64,000 nucleotides of DNA from an uncultured Oscillospiraceae bacterium (GCA_944387115.1 CALXDR010000004.1:699-64698), one strand, 5' to 3'; numbered from the stretch's first letter, positions 1 through 9,793 are shown. Made by a program: numbers and translations. Notes: generated by a model from the letters alone, not told the origin.

Positions 1-1
1 T

Positions 2-1423
2 GAGATTTCCGAGCTGATGAGCAAGCTGCTCACCCGGGCAGGCATCCCCCACAATGTGCTCAACGCCAAGAACCACGAGCGGGAGGCGGAAATCATTGCC
101 CAGGCGGGCAAGCTGGGCGCAGTCACCGTGGCCACCAATATGGCCGGACGAGGCACCGACATCCTGCTGGGCGGCAACGCTGAGTACATGGCAAAGGCGG
201 AGCTGCGCAAGAAGGGTATGAGCGAGGTGCAGCTGGCGGAGTGCGACGGGCACGCCGATACCGACAATGAGGAGATTTTGGAGGCCCGCCGGGCGTTTGC
301 CGAGGCGGAGGCCCGCTACAAAGAGGCCATCCGGGAGGAGGCTGAGCAGGTGCGTCAGGCGGGTGGCCTGTACATCCTGGGCACCGAGCGCCATGAGTCC
401 CGCCGCATTGACAACCAGCTGCGTGGCCGTGCCGGCCGTCAGGGCGACCCCGGTGAGAGCCGCTTCTTCCTCTCGTTGGAGGATGACATCCTCCGTCTGT
501 TCGGCTCTGAGCGCATTCAGAGCATGATGGAGAGCCTGGGCGTGGACGAGGATACCCCCCTGGACCAGAAGATGCTCTCCAGCGCCATTGAGTCCGCCCA
601 AAAGCGGGTGGAGTCCCGCAACTTCCAGACCCGCAAGACGGTGCTGGAGTATGACGACGTGATGAATACCCAGCGTGAGGTCATCTATGAGCAGCGCCGC
701 AAGGTGCTCGACGGCGAGGATGTCCACGCCGCTGTGGAGAATATGCTCACCGGTGTGGTGAGCAATACCCTGGCCGGACACGCCGGGGAGCAGGGCGTGT
801 TCACCCGTGAGGGCTTCCGTGCCGCCGCTGCCACGCTGATGCCCCTGTATACCCAGGAGCAGATGGAGCAGTTCCAGGCCCAGGCCGAGCAGCTGCCTGT
901 GGCGCAGCTGACCCAGCAGATGCTGGAGCAGGCCCAGGCCAACTACGACCAGCGTGAGCACCAGATTGACGAACAGATGGCCCAGCTGGCCCAGGCCACC
1001 GGCAAGAGCCCCATGCGGGAGCTGGAGCGGGTGATTATGCTGCGGGTGGTGGATGAGTACTGGATGGACCACATCGACGCCATGCAGGAGCTGCGCCAGG
1101 GCATTGGTCTGCGGGCCTATGGTCAGTCCGACCCGGTGGTGGAGTACAAGCGTGAGGGCTTTGATATGTTCGAGCAGATGATCGCTGCCATCCAGGAGGA
1201 GACGGTGCGCCGTCTGTTCACCGTGCGGGTGCGCACCAACGAGGAAATCAAGCGGGAGCGGGTGGCCAAGGTCACCGGCGAGTCCGGGGGCAGTGAGACC
1301 CCTGTGAAGAAGGCCCCGGTGAAGCACGCTGTGAAAATCGGCCGCAACGACCCCTGTCCCTGCGGCAGCGGACTGAAGTGGAAGAAGTGTACTTGTAAGG
1401 AGTATCATAGTGGGGAAAATTAA
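2..1423 (+). CDS. secA: Preprotein translocase subunit SecA, C-terminal part (gene starts upstream of window)
   Basis: Motifs VTVATNMAGRGTDI, GTERHESRRIDNQLRGRAGRQGDPG and C-terminal SEC-C GRNDPCPCGSG; frame open from base 2. Confidence 0.98.
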   Translation, partial: EISELMSKLLTRAGIPHNVLNAKNHEREAEIIAQAGKLGAVTVATNMAGRGTDILLGGNAEYMAKAELRKKGMSEVQLAECDGHADTDNEEILEARRAFAEAEARYKEAIREEAEQVRQAGGLYILGTERHESRRIDNQLRGRAGRQGDPGESRFFLSLEDDILRLFGSERIQSMMESLGVDEDTPLDQKMLSSAIESAQKRVESRNFQTRKTVLEYDDVMNTQREVIYEQRRKVLDGEDVHAAVENMLTGVVSNTLAGHAGEQGVFTREGFRAAAATLMPLYTQEQMEQFQAQAEQLPVAQLTQQMLEQAQANYDQREHQIDEQMAQLAQATGKSPMRELERVIMLRVVDEYWMDHIDAMQELRQGIGLRAYGQSDPVVEYKREGFDMFEQMIAAIQEETVRRLFTVRVRTNEEIKRERVAKVTGESGGSETPVKKAPVKHAVKIGRNDPCPCGSGLKWKKCTCKEYHSGEN

Positions 1424-2107
1424 GCGTCCGAGCCCCCGGAGCAGCTTGACTGGACCGCAGCGAGGAATAAATTTCAGGGCGGGCTATGCCCGGCCAAATT
1501 TGTTCCGAGACGGAGGGAAGTCAAGCGTTGCGGAGGGGAGCGAGGCGTGATAATGAAGAAGTGAACAGCCCCGGTCGCAGCCTGGTTGGACCGCAGTGAG
1601 GAATAAAACCCAGGGGGGCGGAGCCACCCGGTTTTGTTCCGAATCGGAGCGAAGCCAGCCGTTGCGAACGCTCTCACAAAAGTCCAAGGACTTTTGTGAG
1701 GGGGATGCAGGGGGAATAGGGTTCGATTCCTGCGGAATTGTCGCCCTATTTCCCCCGAGCAGAGTGTTTTCTTCAGGCGCATGTCCCCGGAAAACACGGG
1801 CCTTGGATTTTATTTCTCCGCCTGCGGGCGGAGAAACTCGGTGAGACACGAAGCGTCCGAGCCGTCGTGAGCAGGCTGGATGGAGCGGAGTGAGGAATAA
1901 AACCCAGGGGGGGCGGAGCCACCCGGTTTTGTTCCGAATCGGAGGGAAGCCAGCCGTTGCGAACGCTCTCACAAAAGTCCAAGGACTTTTGTGAGGGGGA
2001 TGCAGGGGGAATAGGGTTCGATTCCTGCGGAATTGTCGCCCTATTTCCCCTGAGCAGAGTGTTTTCTCCAGGCGCATATCCCCGGAAAACACCAGATTGG
2101 ATTTTCT
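1422..2107 (+). repeat. Mosaic palindromic repeat array 1 (3 scaffold units + 2 T modules)
   Basis: Units start (G/T)AAGCGTCCGAGCC; 1596-1797 and 1890-2092 are near-identical ~200 bp copies; modules recur in five other arrays. Confidence 0.93.
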
Positions 2108-2198
2108 TCGGGGGCATAGCCCCACACGCTGGGCACCACCGGAATACTTTTGTTTATGCAACCGTTTAAGCCATGGATTTTATGGCGGAAAGGGCAAT

Positions 2199-3020
2199 AT
2201 GAACATCATTGAGAAACAACATCAGGGCGTCACCTTCCTGGCGGCAGACGAGCTTTCTGCCGCCGGCGGGGTGGCCCACGGCTTTTCCACCCGTCTGGGC
2301 GGGGTTTCCCAGGGGATGTGGAGCTCCCTCAACCTGGGGGTGAGCCGGGGGGATGACCCCGACCATGTGCGGGAGAACTACCGGCGGTTTTTATCCGCCG
2401 TTGGCGCTGCCGGGGGGCGGCTGGCGATGGCCAATCAGGTGCATGGGGGCGAGGTGCGCACAGTGACCTCCGCCGACTGGAAGCAGGACCCTTACGGCAA
2501 GGTGTGTTTTGAGGCCGACGGCCTGATGACCGACATTCCCGGAGTGGCGCTGTGCGTGTTTACCGCCGACTGCATTCCCGTGCTTTTCTACGACCCGGTG
2601 CGCCGGGTGGTGGCCGCCGTCCACGCCGGGTGGCGGGGCACCGCCGCAGGCATCGCCGCCCGGGCGGTGGAGCGGATGGGCCAGGTGTACGGCAGCCGGC
2701 CTGAGGATATTTTGGCTGCCATCGGCCCGGGCATCGGCCCGTGCTGCTTCGACACCCATGAGGATGTGCCCAACGCCATGATGGCCTCCCTGTCCACCGC
2801 CGCCCTGGCGTATATCCAGAGCCTGGAGAACGGCAAATATTCCGTGGATTTAAAGGGCATCAATGCCCGGCAGCTGGAGCAGGCGGGGGTGCTTGGGGAG
2901 CACATCGCCGTGTGCCAGGCGTGTACTGCCTGCGACACGGAGACCTTCTGGAGCCACCGGCGGATGGGCATCAACCGGGGCTCTATGGCGTCGGTGATTG
3001 CACTGCAATGCACAGACTGA
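2199..3020 (+). CDS. pgeF: Peptidoglycan editing factor PgeF (YfiH/YlmD laccase-like domain)
   Basis: Motifs FSTRLGGVS, NQVHG, TADCIPVL, HAGWRG, IGPGIGPCCF; start placed at ATG 2199. Confidence 0.93.
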   Translation: MNIIEKQHQGVTFLAADELSAAGGVAHGFSTRLGGVSQGMWSSLNLGVSRGDDPDHVRENYRRFLSAVGAAGGRLAMANQVHGGEVRTVTSADWKQDPYGKVCFEADGLMTDIPGVALCVFTADCIPVLFYDPVRRVVAAVHAGWRGTAAGIAARAVERMGQVYGSRPEDILAAIGPGIGPCCFDTHEDVPNAMMASLSTAALAYIQSLENGKYSVDLKGINARQLEQAGVLGEHIAVCQACTACDTETFWSHRRMGINRGSMASVIALQCTD

Positions 3021-4537
3021 CCGCTTTGGCCCTGGCCCTGTGCCTGGTATTGACGGGGTGCGCAGGGCAGGCACAGCCCAGTGCCGAGCCTACATCCACT
3101 CCGGCGCCCACCCCCACGGCCACCCCTGCGGCGGCCAGCCAGCCCTTTGCCCTAAGCTATGACCCGGGGGCCACCCTCCATCCCATCACCGGCACCAGCC
3201 AGGTGAATCTGGACCTGGCCCCCCTGGTGTATCAGGGACTGTACGCCCTGGACAATGCCTTTGTCCCCCAGCCGGTGCTGGCGCAGAGTGCGCAGGTCAG
3301 CGAGGACGGGCGGGTGTGGACCATCACCCTGGCCCAGGGCGTGACCTTTTCCGACGGCACACCCCTCACCGCCGGGCACGTGGTAAGCTCCCTCAACACT
3401 GCCGCCGCCAGCACCTTGTATGCCAGCCGTCTGGCAGGGGTGAGCGGGGTGCAGGCGGGGGACGGACAGGTGATGATTACCCTGTCTGTGCCCAATGGGA
3501 ATTTACCCGCCCTGCTGGACATCCCAATCGTGCTGGAGCAGGGGAGCGGTGCGCCGCTGGGCACGGGGCGCTATCGCTTTGCGGACACTGGGGAGGGGCT
3601 GGAATTGCAGGCCAATGGGGCCTATGCAGACCGCCTGCCCTACCAGAGCATCCCCCTGCACCCCACCGCCACGGCGGATGAGCGCATTGCCGCCTTTGAC
3701 AGCGGCGAGGTGACGGCGGTGACCACCGACTTTTCCTCTCCCTATGCCCTGGGCTATTCCAGCAGCTATGAGACTTACGACTACCCCACCACCAATCTGC
3801 TCTATGTGGGGTTTCGCACCACCGGGGGCGTGTGTCAGAGTGCCCAGGTGCGTCAGGCCTTCTCCCAGGTGTTTGACCGCAATTCTGTGGTGCGCTCCCT
3901 GCTGTCGGGACACGGGGAGGCCGCCTGCCTGCCCATCTTCCCCCGCCACGCCGACTACCCTGCTGCGGCGGCGGAGAAGCTGGATTACGACGTACAGGCG
4001 GCGGCGCAGCTGCTGGAGGGCAGCGGCTTTTCCAAGGGAGAGGACGGGCTGTTTTACCAGGGGGGCAGCCCGGTGTCTGTCAAGCTCATTGTCAACAGCG
4101 ACAACACGGCCCGGCAGAACATTGCAGACTTTCTGGCCCGCAGCCTCACCTCGCTGGGCGTGCAGGTGGAGGTGCGCAAGCTGGCCTGGGAGGACTACAA
4201 CAATGCACTGCTGTCCGGGCAGTATGACTTATATCTGGGTGAGGTGCGCATGACGGCGGACTTCGACCCCACCGCCCTGCTGGCGGGAAATCTCAACTAC
4301 GGCGGCTATGCCAGCCAGCAGCTTCCCACGCTGCTGGGGCAGTGGAAGGCCGCCCAGGGCGAGGCACGCAACCAGGCGGCCCAGGCCCTGTATGACCTGT
4401 TTGCCCAGGAAGTGCCCATCGCACCGCTGTGCTTTCACAATGAATCCATGCTGGTGCGCTGGGGGATGGTGACAAACCTGATACCTACCCGGGGAGATCC
4501 CTATTGGAACATGGAGGCGTGGCAGCACACCTCTTGA
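3008..4537 (+). CDS. ABC transporter substrate-binding lipoprotein, family 5 (peptide/nickel type)
   Basis: Signal peptide with lipobox LTGC, Pro/Thr linker, LVYQGLY, FSDGTPLTA, VRQAFSQVFDR; overlaps pgeF end. Confidence 0.85.
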   Translation: MHRLTALALALCLVLTGCAGQAQPSAEPTSTPAPTPTATPAAASQPFALSYDPGATLHPITGTSQVNLDLAPLVYQGLYALDNAFVPQPVLAQSAQVSEDGRVWTITLAQGVTFSDGTPLTAGHVVSSLNTAAASTLYASRLAGVSGVQAGDGQVMITLSVPNGNLPALLDIPIVLEQGSGAPLGTGRYRFADTGEGLELQANGAYADRLPYQSIPLHPTATADERIAAFDSGEVTAVTTDFSSPYALGYSSSYETYDYPTTNLLYVGFRTTGGVCQSAQVRQAFSQVFDRNSVVRSLLSGHGEAACLPIFPRHADYPAAAAEKLDYDVQAAAQLLEGSGFSKGEDGLFYQGGSPVSVKLIVNSDNTARQNIADFLARSLTSLGVQVEVRKLAWEDYNNALLSGQYDLYLGEVRMTADFDPTALLAGNLNYGGYASQQLPTLLGQWKAAQGEARNQAAQALYDLFAQEVPIAPLCFHNESMLVRWGMVTNLIPTRGDPYWNMEAWQHTS

Positions 4538-4604
4538 TGTGATAAATAGACTTGGCAAGGCTCTGACGTATGGGGGGCCGACGGCAAAAGGGAGAGATCT
4601 TGGA

Positions 4605-7600
4605 ATGAGTCATGTATTTCGGTGTTATGTGGAAAAGCGGCCCGGCTTTGATGTGGAGGCGGGCAGCACCCTGCGGGAGCTGCGCAATCAGCTGGGCATT
4701 GCAGGGCTGAGGGGTGTGCGGCTGTTCAACCGCTATGACGTGGAGGGGGTGGATGCGGCGGTTTATCAGGCCGCCCAGTCCACCGTATTCTCAGAGCCTC
4801 AGTGCGACCTGCTCTACGAGGAGCATCTGCCCGCCCTGGGGGAGGAGGTGCGCCTGTTGGCGGTGGAGGCTCTGCCCGGTCAGTATGACCAGCGGGCAGA
4901 CTCCTGCGAGCAGTGCATCATGCTCCTGGCGGGGGTGGAGCGCCCCAGGGTGGTCAACGCCCGGGTGTATGCGCTGGAGGGGGTGCTCACCGAGCAGGAG
5001 CTGGAGCGGGTGAAGGGCTATCTCATCAACCCGGTGGAGTGCCGGGAGGCCTCCATGGACAAGCCGGACACCCTGGAGCGCACCTACCAGACGCCAAGTC
5101 AGGTGCCCGTGCTCACCGGCTTTACCACCCTGGACCGGCAGGGACTGGAGGGACTGCTGGAGGAATACGGCCTTGCCATGGATTTGGCGGACTTGACCTT
5201 CCTCCAGGGGTATTTTCGGGATGAGGAGGGGCGTGACCCCACCATCACCGAGGTGCGGGTGGTGGATACTTACTGGTCTGACCACTGCCGCCACACCACC
5301 TTTTCCACCCACATTGACCGGGTGGAAATCCTTGACCCCCAGGTGGCCGCCGCCTACCAGAGGTACCTGGACGCCCGGGTGGAGGTGTATGGAGAGGCAC
5401 GGGCGGCCCAGCGGCCTCAGACGCTGATGGACATTGCCACCATTGCCGCCAAGACCCTCAAGCAGCGGGGCCTGCTGGCCAATCTGGATGAGAGTGAGGA
5501 AATCAACGCCTGCTCCATCCATGTCACCGCCACGGTGGACGGGGAGGCCCAGGACTGGCTGCTCATGTTCAAAAATGAGACCCACAACCACCCCACCGAG
5601 ATTGAGCCTTTTGGCGGGGCGGCCACCTGCATTGGCGGCTGCATCCGCGACCCCCTGTCCGGTCGGGCCTATGTGTACCAGGCCATGCGTCTGACCGGCG
5701 GCGGCGACCCCACCGTGCCCATGAGCCAGACCCTGCCGGGCAAGCTGCCCCAGCGCAAGCTGGCCCAGACTGCGGCGGCGGGCTATTCCTCCTACGGCAA
5801 CCAGATTGGACTTGCAACCGGGCTGGTGCACGAGGTATACCACCCCGGCTACATCGCCAAGCACCTGGAGGTGGGGGCTGTGGTGGGGGCCGCCCCCGCC
5901 CACCATGTGGTGCGGGAGCGCCCTGCGCCCGGAGATGTGGTCATCCTGCTGGGCGGCCGCACCGGCCGGGACGGCATTGGTGGGGCCACCGGCTCCTCCA
6001 AGAGCCACAACCAAAGCTCGCTGTCCACCATGGCAAGCGAGGTGCAGAAGGGCAACGCCCCCGAGGAGCGCAAGCTCCAGCGGCTGTTCCGTGACCCCGC
6101 TGTCACCACCCTCATCAAGCGGTGCAACGACTTCGGCGCCGGCGGGGTATGCGTGGCCATTGGCGAGCTGGCTGACGGGCTGTCCATTGACCTGGATGCT
6201 GTGCGCAAGAAGTACGACGGGCTGGATGGCACGGAGCTGGCCATCTCCGAGTCTCAGGAGCGCATGGCGGTGGTGGTGGCCCCTGAGCACGAGGCCGCCT
6301 TCCTGGCCGCTGCCCAGCGGGAGAACTTGGAGGCCTATCGGGTGGCGTTGGTCACCCAGCAGGCCCGGATGGTGCTGACCTGGAAGGGACAGACCATTGC
6401 AGACCTCTCCCGCAGCTTCCTCAACACCAACGGCGCAGACAAGCACACCACTGTGACGGTGCCCCGGCGCACCGGCGCACGCCCGGCCCCCTATACCAGC
6501 CTGCGGGAGGTGGCCTCCTGCCTGGCCTGCGCCTCGAGAAAGGGTCTGACCGAGCGGTTTGACGGCTCCATTGGCGCCGCCTCGGTGCTCATGCCCTTTG
6601 GGGGCATCACCCAGCGCACCCCCACCCAGGTCATGGCCGCCACCCTCCCTGTGGAGCCGGGCAAGACCACGGAGGCCTGCTCGGTGATGAGCTGGGGCTT
6701 TGACCCCCACTGGATGTCCGCCGACCCCTATGCCGGGGCGTCTGCGTCGGTGGTGCTCTCCATGGCCAAGCTGGTGGCGGCAGGGTGCGACCCCAGGGCC
6801 GCCTACCTCACCTTCCAGGAGTATTTTGAAAAGCTGCGGGAGGACCCCAGCCGCTGGGGCAAGCCCTTTGCCGCACTGCTGGGCACTGTGGAGGCGCAGC
6901 TGGGGCTGGAGGTGGCCGCCATTGGCGGAAAGGACTCTATGTCCGGGTCCTTCCTCGACTTGGATGTGCCCCCCACCCTCATTTCCTTTGCCGTGGCCCC
7001 TGCGCAGGCCAGCCAGGTGCTCTCCCCTGAGTTCAAGGCCGCAGGCCACCCGGTGGTGCTCTTCCCCGCCCCGGATGGGCAGGATTACGCCGCCCTGCGC
7101 ACCCTGTGGCAGCAGGTACACCAGCTGGCCCAGGCGGGCAGGCTGCGGGCCGCCTGGGCGGTGGAGGGCGGCGGCGTGGCGGAGGCTGTGATGAAGATGG
7201 CCTTCGGCAACGTCATTGGCTTTGCCGCCCAGCCCGGCGTAGAGGCGCCCTGGTACGGGCATATGCCCGGGGCCATTGTGGCGGAGCTGGCGGATGACCA
7301 GATTCCCCAGGGGGCAGTGCTCCTGGGCCATACCACCCAGGAGGGTGTGATTGCCCTGGAAGGGGACAGCGCCGGTGTGGAGGAGCTGTGCGCCCTGTGG
7401 GAAGGGGTGCTGGAGGGAGTATATCCCACCGATCCGGGTACGCAGGATGAGCCGGTGCCGGTGATTTCCTGGCAGGGACGCTCTCCCGCTGTGTTCACCC
7501 AGCAGGTGGGCCAGCCCCGGGCCATTATCCCCGTGTTCCCCGGCACCAACTGCGAGTATGACACCGCCGCCGCCTGCCGCAAGGCGGGCATCCAGCCTGA

Positions 7601-8312
7601 AATCCTGGTGGTGCGCAACCTGACCCCCCAGGCGCTGCGGGAGTCTGCCGACGCCCTGGCTCAGGCCATTGGGCGCAGCCAGATGATGATTCTCCCCGGC
7701 GGCTTCTCCGGCGGCGACGAGCCGGATGGCTCGGCCAAGTTCATCGTTTCCTTCCTGCGCAACCCCAAGCTCACCGACAGTGTCCACGACCTGCTCCGCC
7801 GGCGGGACGGTCTGATGCTGGGCATTTGCAACGGCTTCCAGGCGCTGATTAAGCTGGGGCTGGTGCCGTTTGGGGAGATTCGTCCCACGGACGACAGCTG
7901 TCCCACCCTCACCTTCAACCTCATCGGACGGCACCAGAGCCGCTATGTGGCCACCCGGGTGGCCTCGGTGAACTCCCCCTGGATGCTGCGCAGCCAGGTG
8001 GGGGACATCCACCAAATCGCCATTTCCCACGGCGAGGGCCGCTTTGTGGCACCCCAGGAGGTGGTGGAACAGCTCATCGCCAACGGTCAGGTGGCAACCC
8101 AGTATGTGGATCCCTGCACTGAGAAGCCGTCTATGGGCATTCACTGCAACCCCAACGGCTCCATGGCCTGCATTGAGGGGTTGTTCTCCCCCGACGGCCG
8201 GGTGTTCGGCAAGATGGGCCACACCGAGCGGGAAGGGGCCTTTGTGGGCAAAAACATCCCGGGCAACAAGTATCAGCCCATTTTTGAGAGCGGCGCATAC
8301 TACTTCCGCTGA
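4605..8312 (+). CDS. purL: Phosphoribosylformylglycinamidine synthase (large fused PurL)
   Basis: WSDHCRH, KNETHNHPT, ESQERMA, glutaminase GICNGFQ and KMGHTER; ~1235 aa. Confidence 0.97.
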   Translation: MSHVFRCYVEKRPGFDVEAGSTLRELRNQLGIAGLRGVRLFNRYDVEGVDAAVYQAAQSTVFSEPQCDLLYEEHLPALGEEVRLLAVEALPGQYDQRADSCEQCIMLLAGVERPRVVNARVYALEGVLTEQELERVKGYLINPVECREASMDKPDTLERTYQTPSQVPVLTGFTTLDRQGLEGLLEEYGLAMDLADLTFLQGYFRDEEGRDPTITEVRVVDTYWSDHCRHTTFSTHIDRVEILDPQVAAAYQRYLDARVEVYGEARAAQRPQTLMDIATIAAKTLKQRGLLANLDESEEINACSIHVTATVDGEAQDWLLMFKNETHNHPTEIEPFGGAATCIGGCIRDPLSGRAYVYQAMRLTGGGDPTVPMSQTLPGKLPQRKLAQTAAAGYSSYGNQIGLATGLVHEVYHPGYIAKHLEVGAVVGAAPAHHVVRERPAPGDVVILLGGRTGRDGIGGATGSSKSHNQSSLSTMASEVQKGNAPEERKLQRLFRDPAVTTLIKRCNDFGAGGVCVAIGELADGLSIDLDAVRKKYDGLDGTELAISESQERMAVVVAPEHEAAFLAAAQRENLEAYRVALVTQQARMVLTWKGQTIADLSRSFLNTNGADKHTTVTVPRRTGARPAPYTSLREVASCLACASRKGLTERFDGSIGAASVLMPFGGITQRTPTQVMAATLPVEPGKTTEACSVMSWGFDPHWMSADPYAGASASVVLSMAKLVAAGCDPRAAYLTFQEYFEKLREDPSRWGKPFAALLGTVEAQLGLEVAAIGGKDSMSGSFLDLDVPPTLISFAVAPAQASQVLSPEFKAAGHPVVLFPAPDGQDYAALRTLWQQVHQLAQAGRLRAAWAVEGGGVAEAVMKMAFGNVIGFAAQPGVEAPWYGHMPGAIVAELADDQIPQGAVLLGHTTQEGVIALEGDSAGVEELCALWEGVLEGVYPTDPGTQDEPVPVISWQGRSPAVFTQQVGQPRAIIPVFPGTNCEYDTAAACRKAGIQPEILVVRNLTPQALRESADALAQAIGRSQMMILPGGFSGGDEPDGSAKFIVSFLRNPKLTDSVHDLLRRRDGLMLGICNGFQALIKLGLVPFGEIRPTDDSCPTLTFNLIGRHQSRYVATRVASVNSPWMLRSQVGDIHQIAISHGEGRFVAPQEVVEQLIANGQVATQYVDPCTEKPSMGIHCNPNGSMACIEGLFSPDGRVFGKMGHTEREGAFVGKNIPGNKYQPIFESGAYYFR

Positions 8313-8355
8313 GTAGGCCCCGCAGCCTCCATTCCAGAGGTCTTTGAACGTGAAC

Positions 8356-8393
8356 AAGCCCCCGCCTGCACTCCATTGCGCAGGCGGGGGCTT
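8356..8393. terminator. Hairpin terminator between convergent purL and GNAT genes
   Basis: AAGCCCCCGCCTGC...GCAGGCGGGGGCTT inverted repeat. Confidence 0.75.
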
Positions 8394-8413
8394 ATATGCT
8401 GTGTGGCGCTGGC

Positions 8414-9121
8414 TCAGTGGGAGGAGCCGTCCTGCCGCCCCAGGGCGCACACGGTGTCCTGGGAGACGGTCATGCCCATCTTCGCCTGAAGGGCCAGGGA
8501 GGGGGCGTTGTCCGTCAGAACTTCCGCAAAGGGCGTGCGCCCCTGGGCGAGATAGCGGTTGATGGTGAAGTTGTGCAGCTGGGTGGCCAGTCCAAGGCGG
8601 CGGTAAGGGGGGAAAACCTCCAGCATCCCCATGGAGCCCTCCCAGTGCTCCCCCACAAAGCCGGCCAGATTGTCCTCCACAAAGATGCCGTACATCACCC
8701 CGGCCTCAATCCGCTGGGTAATATACTCCGGGTCATGAAACAGATGGTAATGGTCTAAAATGGCCTGGTGATACGCCAGCCCCAGGGGGCGGATGTCCGC
8801 CCGCACCGGACGGGGCGTTTTGGAGCAGTAGACGGACTGATAGCACTCCCACAAAATGGACAGTCCAAGGGCCTGGGCCACCTGACGGGCCCGCTGTGCT
8901 CCGGCCACCTGCACCACACCGTCCCAGTGGGCGGGGACGAGGGAGAGGGCGGCGGGGGCGTCATCGGCAGAGAGCAGAAGGCGGCTGCCCATCTGAAGGG
9001 CCACGCCCTGGGGGGTGACGGACAGCGGGGAGGCCCTGCCTGTGCGCAGAGCCTCCAGCATGGCCACGCAGAGCACGCCATCCCGCTCCAGGTAGTCCAG
9101 AGCGGCCTGGCGGAGGGTCAT
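8414..9121 (-). CDS. GNAT family N-acetyltransferase
   Basis: C-terminal GSMGMLEVFPPYRRLGLA acetyl-CoA binding motif, NAPSLALQAKMG. Confidence 0.85.
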   Translation of the reverse strand: MTLRQAALDYLERDGVLCVAMLEALRTGRASPLSVTPQGVALQMGSRLLLSADDAPAALSLVPAHWDGVVQVAGAQRARQVAQALGLSILWECYQSVYCSKTPRPVRADIRPLGLAYHQAILDHYHLFHDPEYITQRIEAGVMYGIFVEDNLAGFVGEHWEGSMGMLEVFPPYRRLGLATQLHNFTINRYLAQGRTPFAEVLTDNAPSLALQAKMGMTVSQDTVCALGRQDGSSH

Positions 9122-9429
9122 GCCGTCTCCTCCGTTTCTTCCTTACCCTTGCGGCGGGCAATCATGCGGGGGAAGCCGCCGGTTCCGTAAGAGAGCGCCC
9201 GGTTGACCCGGCTGATGGTGGCCGAGCTGGCCCCCGTCTGCTCCAAAATTTCGGTGTACACCATGCCGTCGTCCAGCAGCAGGGCCACATCAAACCGCTG
9301 CTCCATGGCCCGCAGCTCCCCAATGGTGCACAGGTCGTCGAAAAAGGCGCAGCACTCCTCTACGCTCTTGAGCTGGAGAATGGTTTCATACAGGGCCATG
9401 CTCCGCTCCTTATTAGATACCCTGGGCAT
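9118..9429 (-). CDS. YerC/YecD family TrpR-like repressor
   Basis: ECCAFFDDLCTIGELRAMEQR and GASSATISRVNRAL signature; AGGAGG RBS before ATG 9429. Confidence 0.92.
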   Translation of the reverse strand: MPRVSNKERSMALYETILQLKSVEECCAFFDDLCTIGELRAMEQRFDVALLLDDGMVYTEILEQTGASSATISRVNRALSYGTGGFPRMIARRKGKEETEETA

Positions 9430-9602
9430 AGGTCTCCTCCTTAGTGGTGGTTTAATATTGCTTCTGTATTCTAGCAAATCAAGGCGATAAAGTAAACACG
9501 CATTTGAAAAACTTCTCCTCTTTGGGGGTGTGATGGAGCAGTGCTCTTTGGGGAGCGGGCACCCAAAGGCTGGTTTAGGCAGGAGAGGAAACGCTCCTCC
9601 AC

Positions 9603-9631
9603 TTCTCAAGGACGAGAAAGTATGGTATAAT
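9603..9631 (+). promoter_or_regulatory. SigA-type promoter with extended -10 upstream of phosphoesterase operon
   Basis: TTCTCA-17bp-TATAAT with TG at 9623-9624. Confidence 0.6.
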
Positions 9632-9793
9632 ACCCAAAGACGCTGCGCAAAAGGCAGCTGCACCTGGGGCGCACGGGTATATGCCGTGGAAAGCCAGGTG
9701 GGGTGACAGCGGGGGCGTCGCTGCATCTAGCTTGCCTGGCAGGGGAGTGCTCCCCACAGGGAGCGGGGGTGCAGCCTTACAGGGAGAGGAAGT

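Noticed and set aside
1714-1735. GGGTTCGATTCC resembling a tRNA T-loop (also near 2010, 41140, 41466, 50871)
   Set aside because: It lies inside the repeat T module; no acceptor, D or anticodon arms can be folded around it
1422-2107. Repeat arrays as a CRISPR array
   Set aside because: Units are 115-150 bp, the variable parts are hairpins reused at other loci rather than unique spacers, and no cas genes are present
1474-2169. ORFs of 70-225 aa over the repeat arrays (also 40942-41466, 49807-50897)
   Set aside because: Translations of palindromic repeats; same peptide fragments recur at each array; no RBS or domain
4538-4604. Purine or ZTP riboswitch upstream of purL
   Set aside because: Only ~65 bp intergenic and no consensus elements
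4791-8450. Very long antisense ORFs (also 12828-14927, 27668-30154, 34892-37207, 52185-54413)
   Set aside because: Shadow frames opposite well-supported genes, expected from high GC and codon bias
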